This document shows, piece after piece, positions 21,226 through 29,000 of a DNA stretch of 64,000 nucleotides (position 1 is its first letter; the number at the start of each line of letters is the position of its first letter). The stretch spans positions 6,004-70,003 of the forward strand of contig JAUSFE010000104.1 of assembly GCA_030649945.1 (NCBI GenBank), given 5' to 3'. The notes below the pieces were generated by a model. The model saw only the letters and a program-made list of their open reading frames with translations. It searched no databases and had not been told where the DNA came from. The position numbers were made by a program, and so were the translations under genes. This DNA comes from Dehalococcoidia bacterium (GTDB lineage Bacteria; Chloroflexota; Dehalococcoidia; SM23-28-2; RBG-16-64-32).

Positions 21226-21723
21226 TACCCGCTTGCGTTGAATCAGCGCAAGCAAATCTGAATCCGGTGGCACGCCCTTAATGCCTCGAAAGTCGGGCTT
21301 CGCATCGCGCCTGACACCGTGTGCCGTGGTGCCGTTGCCGCCCAGCCCACCCTCGGAATGATTGAGAATGGGGGGACACCCCCCATGCCCCCCGTCAGGC
21401 GGGCCTGCTGCCCCCTGTGCTCCGCCAACAACTTTTACCTGGTCACTGCCCCGAAAACAGCCATTGCGTGTCTCCTGGCAGAGGGCTAGCGGGGTGCGGG
21501 GGCCCTTCGGCTGCGCTCAGGACAGGCTCCGCCCCTGCCGGGGGCGTCCAGGGGTGTCCCCTGGATAACATCCGGGCGGGTGGGTGGGACAGAAGACGTA
21601 TGCAACCGGGAGGGCGCCGGTCCGCTTTCATCCTTCGTGGCGCCGGTGCGACACTGACATCAGTGATTCTGACGCGGTGTTCCGCAACGAGGTACTAGAA
21701 GCGGAATCCTCAAGAAGCACAAA

Positions 21724-21744
21724 GGCCGGCCCAGCGGGCCGGCC
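21724..21744. terminator. GC-rich hairpin GGCCGGCCC-AGC-GGGCCGGCC; probable bidirectional terminator at the end of the convergent gap
   Basis: Perfect 9-bp stem; T-richer run on the minus-strand side (after the PPIase stop). Confidence 0.4.
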
Positions 21745-21767
21745 TCTTCCGTTCGCCGCCGGGCCGC

Positions 21768-22568
21768 TTACGCCGGTTGCACTACGACCTTCTCGATGAC
21801 CAGCTGCGAGACGAGAGACGGGTCGCACTGCTGCCCGTTCATCTCGCCGTTGACTATGGCGCAGTAGTCCGGCAGAGCTCCCAGGATATCCTGGCCGGCG
21901 ATCACCTTGCCGAAAATCGTCTCCTTGCCGTCCAGCCTGGCGTCCGCCGCCAGGAGGATGCGGAACTGGCTGCCGTGCACCTCCTGGCCGCCCTCGGAAA
22001 GCGGCGGCGCCGCTACGGCCCACTGGTCGTGCTTCTCCCCGCCCGCCTCAAGGGGCAGGGAGTAGCCCGGGCCGCCCAGGCCGGAGCAGGCGGCCTGCCC
22101 GCCCGTGGAGCAGGTGGGGTCGCCGGCGACAGCGCCGAGGCCCTTGTTCACGTAGAAGAAGGCGGTGCCGTCGTAGAAACCCTTGCCGGCCAGGAAGGCG
22201 AAGCTGTTGACCGCGGAAGGGGCATCCGTCGCCAGCTGGATCTTGATCTTGCCCTTGTTCGTTTCCAGGGTGGCGATATACGGCCTCGTCCCGTCGATGG
22301 TCCTGGCCGGCCCATCGGCGAAGACGGCCGACGCCGGCGTCGGCTCGGGTGTGGACTGCGTGTCATCGATTGGGGGCAGATTGGATCTGTTGGAGCTGCC
22401 AAAGCCGGAGCCCAGCCCCACGGCGGCCATACTGGCGATCATCACCACGATGAACGTGACGTAGAACAGTTTGACGTTGAAGAGCAGGTTGATTGGAAAC
22501 GGCGGCTTTGCCTTCCTGGGTCCTTCGTATTGCGCCGGGCCACGCCGCCGCCTGCGCTGTCTGGGCAA
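21768..22568 (-). CDS. Cyclophilin-type peptidyl-prolyl isomerase with N-terminal TM anchor
   Basis: ...FFYVNKG..., ...GSQFRILLAD..., and ...DGKETIFGKVIAGQD... cyclophilin motifs. Confidence 0.8.
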   Translation of the reverse strand: MPRQRRRRRGPAQYEGPRKAKPPFPINLLFNVKLFYVTFIVVMIASMAAVGLGSGFGSSNRSNLPPIDDTQSTPEPTPASAVFADGPARTIDGTRPYIATLETNKGKIKIQLATDAPSAVNSFAFLAGKGFYDGTAFFYVNKGLGAVAGDPTCSTGGQAACSGLGGPGYSLPLEAGGEKHDQWAVAAPPLSEGGQEVHGSQFRILLAADARLDGKETIFGKVIAGQDILGALPDYCAIVNGEMNGQQCDPSLVSQLVIEKVVVQPA

Positions 22569-22677
22569 GTTGCAGTCACCTCTTCACTGATGGGTGCATT
22601 CAGTATAGCAGGTCGCATGATTACGCTCTCCGGCGGCCGGCCACTGTAACAGGTTCCCGTTCTCTCACATCTTCATA

Positions 22678-22980
22678 TTGAGAAATCACGACACAGGGAT
22701 GGGGAGACCAATCATGATGACGGCGACACAGCGAGCGAGCAGCACGGACGACGCCTGGGCCGACCTGAGCGGCCGCTGGTTCTTTGCCTGGAGGATGGCC
22801 GCGGCCTGCGAGGGCGCGCTGCGGGAGGTGCACATGGCGATGTCCCGCCAGCACGACTCCAACCGCGCGCAGGCGCTGGACAAGGTGAGCACCCTCTTGC
22901 GCCGCGAGCTGATGCGCTGGGTGCGCCGCGGCGAAGCGCTGGACATGATCGTCGAACACCTGCCGCACAACGAGGACTGA
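22678..22980 (+). CDS. Hypothetical protein
   Basis: 100-aa ORF; weak. Confidence 0.25.
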   Translation: MRNHDTGMGRPIMMTATQRASSTDDAWADLSGRWFFAWRMAAACEGALREVHMAMSRQHDSNRAQALDKVSTLLRRELMRWVRRGEALDMIVEHLPHNED

Positions 22981-23031
22981 GCGCGGACTCCGGAGCACCG
23001 GATCAGGCCGGGTCCTTCGTACGTCCGGCCG

Positions 23032-23967
23032 TCAGCCCGTCAGCGCGCTGGCCGTCCCCACCACCACCTTCGTCCCGTCCGCCTTCTGGCACCAGACGCG
23101 CACGTGCGCGCGCCGCCCGGCGCCGGAGGGCACCACGTCCATGACGTGGCCCAGGCAGCGCACGCTCTCCCCCTGCCAGAGCACGTTCACCAGGTTCACG
23201 TTCATCCGGCCGCCGGCGTACCAGCCTTCGCCGAAGCGGTCCGTCATCAACTCGGAGAGGAAACAGAGGGACATCATGCCCTGCACCACAATGTCCGGGA
23301 AGCCCAGCTTGCGCGCCTCTTCCACGTCGTTGTGGTAGTTCTTGTGCGGACCGGAGAACTTCTGGCACATCTCCAGGCTAATGTGCTTCTCCGCTCCCGC
23401 GAACTCCTCCAGCACCTCGCCCTCGTCCGTCTCAACGCGCCGGTCGGTCCTCTTCTCGCGCTCCTTGTCCACCACTACGCCCTCAGGCTTCGTCTCCAGC
23501 AGGAAGCTCTGGTGCGTGCGCCCGCGGTTCAGGAGCCGCCCGTCCGCGCCGTAGCACGACACCTCCTTCACGATGTAGTCCCGCCCGCGCCGGACATAGC
23601 GGTCCACGATGACCGAACTTGTGGTCGCCGTCTCGCCCACCGTGAGCGGGTGGTACAGCTCCCACTCCTGTCTGGCGTGCAGGTTGCCGTAGATGTTCGG
23701 CAGGTACCAGCGCAGGTCCCTGTACACCTCCGAATGCAGGATGAGCGCCGGCGCCACGGGCCCGCCGAAAGGCGACCGCCCCGTGTACCAGGGATGGAAG
23801 TCCCCCACCGCCTCGCAGTACTGCTGCACCAATTCAGGCGTAATGTCCACTGCCCGCTGCCCGAAGTAGCGGCCGATGAAGTGCTCGCCGGACGCGCTGC
23901 CGGCGCGGAGGCTGCCAAACACATCGTACTCGTACTGGCCAACAACTTGGCGGTTAAGACGGTTCAC
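23032..23967 (-). CDS. Double hot-dog MaoC-like (R)-hydratase/dehydratase; annotated N-terminus is an in-frame RHS-derived fragment
   Basis: Two hot-dog halves; the first ~28 codons (MNRLNRQVVGQYEYDVFGSLRAGSASGE) and ~65 nt of DNA (23921-23985) match the RHS gene at 26517-26580. Confidence 0.7.
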   Translation of the reverse strand: MNRLNRQVVGQYEYDVFGSLRAGSASGEHFIGRYFGQRAVDITPELVQQYCEAVGDFHPWYTGRSPFGGPVAPALILHSEVYRDLRWYLPNIYGNLHARQEWELYHPLTVGETATTSSVIVDRYVRRGRDYIVKEVSCYGADGRLLNRGRTHQSFLLETKPEGVVVDKEREKRTDRRVETDEGEVLEEFAGAEKHISLEMCQKFSGPHKNYHNDVEEARKLGFPDIVVQGMMSLCFLSELMTDRFGEGWYAGGRMNVNLVNVLWQGESVRCLGHVMDVVPSGAGRRAHVRVWCQKADGTKVVVGTASALTG

Positions 23968-24028
23968 CGTCGTTATCGTCGGAACCGAAGCGTCCTGGAG
24001 GCGAGCACGCTCAGGTTGACACTGGTCA

Positions 24029-24289
24029 TTAGGTTGCTCGCCAAGCGCTCCACAAGAAGTACACAGTGGCTATCCAGGCGCCCGCTGAGAATCCCAGAGC
24101 ACGCAACTGAGAGGTAACAGCGAACGAGACTGTTTCGACAACGGCGAGCGTCACCGTCAAAAGGGACAAGCCGATGTACAGGTTCCGGGGAGGACGGGCC
24201 GCCGGAATCCTCTCGCCCCGGAACCCGCCGCGCAAGATAACCAAAATCAGTATCACGCCGGCGACCGTAGAGACAGCGAGGACGGTCAT
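24029..24289 (-). CDS. Small 2-3 TM protein, putative immunity protein for the orphan RHS C-terminal module
   Basis: Hydrophobic 86-aa ORF immediately downstream of, and overlapping, the orphan toxin gene. Confidence 0.35.
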   Translation of the reverse strand: MTVLAVSTVAGVILILVILRGGFRGERIPAARPPRNLYIGLSLLTVTLAVVETVSFAVTSQLRALGFSAGAWIATVYFLWSAWRAT

Positions 24290-24780
24290 GGGCCGCTCCC
24301 GTCAGGAGGAAGGCACTCTTGCTGGTATTCCAGTAGCCCGATCATGATGGTTAGGAACCCTGCCACCGCCAACACTGGCTGCTGGTACACACCGCCAGCG
24401 ATGAGAGCGGCTGCCCCTACGACGAAGAATTCAGCGGCTTCGGGGCACAGCGTAACCCTGCGTATGAACTCGGAGATGTCGGGGTTTGCGGTGAGTAGGG
24501 TTGGCGGCCCCTCCGAATCAAGCCCCGTCGGGTCCACCCGGTTGACCGGGTTGTTCTCCACGTATGCGTACCGGTTCTGCGTCTGCGTACTGAGAAGGGA
24601 GCCTGGGAGCGGGTCTCGCGTCATGAAACGGCCGGTCGCCGGATCATAGTAACGCGCGCGGAGGTACTGAAGCCCGCTCGGCGAATCGGTCTGCTCGCCG
24701 GCGAACTGCCAGTAGTTCGTCGAGCTGCCACCATGCGAGCGAACGGCACCGAAGACGTCGTAGGAGTACGTGTCGGTCAC
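24286..24780 (-). CDS. Orphan RHS C-terminal fragment (RHS core end plus divergent CT domain)
   Basis: ...RARYYDPATGRFMTRDPLPGS...NRYAYVENNPVNRVDPTGLDSE followed by a unique hydrophobic ~80-aa CT. Confidence 0.6.
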   Translation of the reverse strand: MTDTYSYDVFGAVRSHGGSSTNYWQFAGEQTDSPSGLQYLRARYYDPATGRFMTRDPLPGSLLSTQTQNRYAYVENNPVNRVDPTGLDSEGPPTLLTANPDISEFIRRVTLCPEAAEFFVVGAAALIAGGVYQQPVLAVAGFLTIMIGLLEYQQECLPPDGSGP

Positions 24781-24825
24781 CGTCCCGGACGTGTTGAGGC
24801 TGTGACCTCGCGACCCTTCCGAAGA

Positions 24826-25203
24826 TCATTCACGGAAGCGGCGGCCAAATTTCCAGGCAAGACCCAAGAATATGCCCATAGCGATGCTAGTCGGAATAGC
24901 GACGGCCCACTGCCATGCGGTGAAACCGCCAAGGAATCCAAACACAAGGACAATGATAACCAGGGTCGCGGCGGTCATGAGGACGTCGTGGTCACCGGGC
25001 TTCTCGGCTTCTATGTAGGTCGCTGATTCCGGAGCGAGGTATCTTCGGTTGAATATTCGTACGGCTTCGATCAATATGGCCTGCCCGCATCCAATCGACG
25101 CGCCGATTGCCAACCAGAGCCAGAACGGCAAGCCGAGGATAAGCGCGGCCGCCGCCGCCAGCGCCGCGTCAGCCAGCACGACCCAGAGCGCAACGAACCT
25201 CAA
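24826..25203 (-). CDS. Small multi-TM protein, putative immunity protein
   Basis: 125 aa, 3-4 TM helices, sits between orphan RHS modules. Confidence 0.35.
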   Translation of the reverse strand: MRFVALWVVLADAALAAAAALILGLPFWLWLAIGASIGCGQAILIEAVRIFNRRYLAPESATYIEAEKPGDHDVLMTAATLVIIVLVFGFLGGFTAWQWAVAIPTSIAMGIFLGLAWKFGRRFRE

Positions 25204-25688
25204 GCGCTTCGCCTCGCGTCATTCAAACAGGTGACGAGACCGTAGCCGACTGAGAGAAGACCCGCACGGAAGCTGATGGATCGTAACAGCGGCGAGAACT
25301 TCGCGAACTGCAATGGAACGCTCGTCTCGGTCGATGCGTCGATCGCCAACCCCGCGTAGTCGGGCTGGCTCGCATCAATCGCAAGCGCAGCTACGAACAA
25401 CGGAGCACCGACTAGCACCCCCCAAGGTCCGAACGCCGCGAGGGCTGCGGTCGCAAACAGGCTGATTACGAGACCCAAACAATTCAAGGTTAGTGGGAAC
25501 TTGCCCCACGCCTGCCCAACACTACTCTCCGAATCCAGCCCGGTCGGGTCCACGCGGTTTACCGGGTTGTTCTCCACATAAGCATAGCGGTTCTGCGACT
25601 GCGGGCTGAGAGCGGAGCCCCGGACCGGGTCCTGTGTCAGGAACCTGCCGATGCTGGGGTCAGCGTACCACGCCCTGGGGGAGGGCAT
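25200..25688 (-). CDS. Orphan RHS C-terminal module with Gly-rich hydrophobic CT domain
   Basis: PRAWYADPSIGRFLTQDPVRGSALSPQSQNRYAYVENNPVNRVDPTGLDSE plus a hydrophobic CT; the longer ORF upstream of Met100 looks non-coding. Confidence 0.5.
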   Translation of the reverse strand: MPSPRAWYADPSIGRFLTQDPVRGSALSPQSQNRYAYVENNPVNRVDPTGLDSESSVGQAWGKFPLTLNCLGLVISLFATAALAAFGPWGVLVGAPLFVAALAIDASQPDYAGLAIDASTETSVPLQFAKFSPLLRSISFRAGLLSVGYGLVTCLNDARRSA

Positions 25689-25696
25689 CGAGGTCC

Positions 25697-26008
25697 CTAC
25701 AGACTCGCTAATCTGATATTGGCAAACAGGAAAAAAAGCACCGCTACGACGAGCAAAATGAGCCCATGAACTAGCACCAAAAGAGAGTATCTCGGTGTCC
25801 AAGGAGTATCTGCCCACCGCGAGCTTTTTTCGGTTCCCCACACAAACTGAAGGAGCGACCGCCATCGTCCCTCCGAAGTTATCCATAGTGCGGTGAGAAG
25901 GAACAACAACGCCATCAGCAGCACAGAGTACGCGGTGCCGACGAACAGAATTAGAAGGATGATAACAGCCGACAACACGCCCCATGCAGCAAAAACAGAC
26001 AATGTCAT
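25697..26008 (-). CDS. Small multi-TM protein, putative cognate immunity protein of the full-length RHS toxin
   Basis: 103 aa, 3 TM helices, immediately downstream of the rhs stop. Confidence 0.4.
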   Translation of the reverse strand: MTLSVFAAWGVLSAVIILLILFVGTAYSVLLMALLFLLTALWITSEGRWRSLLQFVWGTEKSSRWADTPWTPRYSLLVLVHGLILLVVAVLFFLFANIRLASL

Positions 26009-26061
26009 CCTGCTTAGCAGCCCCTTGGCCCGGCCTTAGCCGCCTGCTTTCTTTCCGCCAC

Positions 26062-29000
26062 CTAATCTACACACCCTGAGTCCGCAATTACGACAACGCC
26101 CCCTATTAGAACCGGCAACCCAACGACTTCTAAGAGCACAAGACCAGCAAATTGTGTCCCAGGACTAAACAGGGCTATGAGACCTGGAACTTCAATCAGG
26201 AGCCCTAGGCCAACCAACAGTCCCCCCGTCACCGCCTTGGCTACGTTGCAGCCCCCGCCACCTTCCGAATCCAGCCCCGTCGGGTCAACCCGGTTCACCG
26301 GGTTGTTCTGGACATACGCATAGCGGTTCTGCGACTGCGGGCTGAGAGCGGAGCCGGGGAGCGGGTCCTGCGTCAAGAATCTGCCGATGGTGGGGTCGTA
26401 CCAGCGGTTTCGCAGGTAGTAGAGGCCGCTCTGGGTGTCGCGCGCCTTATTGTCGAACTGTTGGCCCGTGAAGAGGAACGGCTCGCCCGTGGCACTTCCC
26501 ACGCGCAGGTTGCCAAAGACATCGTACTCGTACTGGCCAACAACCTGGCGGGTAGCACGGTTCACCGTCGTTATCGTCGAGCCCAGCCCATCCGGGAAGT
26601 AGTAGCGCTGGTTGCCGGCCGCGTCCGTGGCCGAGATGAGACCGAGTCCATAAACGTACGTCACAGGCGTAGGCGAGACAACGCTTCCCGTGGTGAATAT
26701 CGTACCATCGTCCTGCAGGATCTGCGCCCTCTTTTCCTGTAGCACAAGCGGCAGGCCAGAACCCACATCCCAGGTGTAGTTGGTGACGAACTTGCCGGTC
26801 TTTTGCGACATCCTCAGCCCATCTGCATTGTACTTGAAGTATCGCGGGCAGGTCTGGTTGAACTGCGGGATGTACTGCAGGATGTCTGTGAGGTTTATTC
26901 TGTTGTCATTGTTGAAGTCGAAAAACGGATTATAGGGCGGGTTGGGGCCAGTCGCGTTGTACACAGGTATGAACATGAGGACATCGTTCAGACCTACCCT
27001 CCCGTCATCGTTCAGGTCATAACACGGACTGGTAGCGGGAGGAGGTAGAGTGGAAGCCGGATCGAAGCCATTGAACCGGATCCGGTCCAGGCGGTTCTCG
27101 CCGTCGTACACGTAAGCTTCGTTTCCTCGGGCCGTCAGGTTCCCGTTGGCATCGTAGGTATATGGCGTCGATCCTGCTAGGGTCAGTTGGTTAGCTGCGT
27201 CGTACGTGTACTGTGTGGTGCCCCCGGAAACTTGCTGGGTACGGTTGCCGACGGCGTCATAACTGTATTGGGCGAATGTTGAATCCGCGTAGTCCACCCT
27301 CTTCAGGTGGTAGAGGTCGTCGTACTGATAAGTTTCGGGGGCACGACCGGTCCTGGTCATTTGAGTGCGGTAACCCGCGGCGTCCGTATTGTAGATGAAG
27401 TCCTCGGTGTAGAAGTTGCCGGGGTTGTGCGTGACATCTGTGACCTGACGGGCGGCGTCGTACTGGTAGCTAACGGACCCCACGCTTCCCGTGTAGGTAG
27501 TGGTCAGCAATGTTCCGTCATCGTAGTAGCTGTATGAGGTTATCTTGTTCAGCCAGTCGGTCACCGTGGCCATACTGCCGTCGGCGTTGTAGGTGTATGA
27601 GACGATCTTCCCGTCCGGGTAGTTGATTTTGGTTCGCTGGCCCGGGTACGGCGCACCAGGTCCGCTGGTTGAGTCGTACTGGTAACTCACGCTTCCTGAT
27701 GGACACACTGGCGTCGCCGGTCCGGCCCACGTGCATGACAAGCGATTCAGTGCATCGTACGTGTAGTCCGTCTCCCTGGTCGAGAGGGTATTCGCCGATG
27801 AGTCGTACGTTTTCTCGACCATCGACTTGCGATTGCCGACGTCGTCGTAGGTGTAGTCAACCGAATCGACTCGCGTAGTGGCGCCGGCATTCCAGTGCTC
27901 GAGCTGCGTCAGGTGATTCAGCTTGTCGTAGGTTATATACTTGGTGACGCGTCCGAGCGCGTCCGTGCGCTGCGTGAGGTTCGATGCGGAGTCGTAGGGC
28001 TGATACGTGGTCGTGCGTCCAAGCGCATCAGTTGTCGACTGCAAGCGGTTCAGCGCGTCATACACATTGAGCGTTGACGGACAGCCGTCGTCGATGACGC
28101 CGTCAAGCGGACTGTCGTTATCCACTCCGTTTCCGGTCCCCGAGCCACACGCATTGGCAATGCTGGCCTCCGACGTGCCGAAGGCCTGGCGATTAGCGTC
28201 GGTGATCGATATCCGGTTGCCGTTCGCGTCATAGGCATAGGTCGTCGATTTATTGAGCGCGTCGACGACCTGCACAAGGTGATCCCCGGGATCATAATTG
28301 TACTGAGTAGTCTTACCATTGGCATCAGTAACGGTCTTAAGATTCCCCTTCGCATCATACGTGTTGATCGTAGATGGGCACCCGTCATCAGCAACCGTGT
28401 CATCCCCAGGATCATCGTTCACACCGTTGCCCGTCCCGGAAGTGCCGCATTGCAGGCCGCTCTCGGCAGAGACGCCAGCCACTTGCCGCAACGGGTTGAG
28501 AACCTTGGTCACGTTGTTCTGAGCATCGTACACATAAGAACTCGTGTGTCCTAACTCGTCTGTCTTCGAGGTGACGCGGCCGGCAGCGTCGGACGTAAAG
28601 GTCGTCTTTGGCGAGCCGCTGCCGGAGAATCTTGGGTTGACGACGCCGGTCAGGTTCTTGTAGGCGTCGTTGTACTCGAAGATTGTCTTGTTGCCTGTGC
28701 ACGGATCAGTCGGCCCAGGTGGAACAATCAAGTCCGTCGATTCAACTGAGGCGATAGGCTGTCCCGCGCTATTGAATGTGGCGCAGGTCAGGGCCTTGAC
28801 GGTCCCATTTTGAGCGTCTTTCCGAACGGTCCTCGTGAGATTGCCGGTCGTCGATGAATCATAGATGTACTGGGTGTACCGGTTGAGGGGATCGGTCTCG
28901 CTGAGGATCTCGTTTAGGGCGTTGTACGTGTTTGTCCAGACCTTGCCGTTCTGAATCAACGCGCAGTTGGCGTCGGTGTTCAGGGCATCTACCTTCTGCG

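Noticed and set aside
21362-21698. Small ORFs (21362-21568, 21417-21698, 21443-21631) in the tatA-PPIase gap
   Set aside because: Overlapping, Arg/Pro/Gly-rich, no RBS; more likely non-coding structured DNA/RNA (see the ncRNA finding).
25200-25985. Full 261-aa ORF as a single gene
   Set aside because: RHS-homologous sequence begins only at internal Met100 (25688). The upstream part overlaps, in another frame, a convincing 3-TM immunity-like ORF (25697-26008), so only 25200-25688 is treated as the orphan toxin module.
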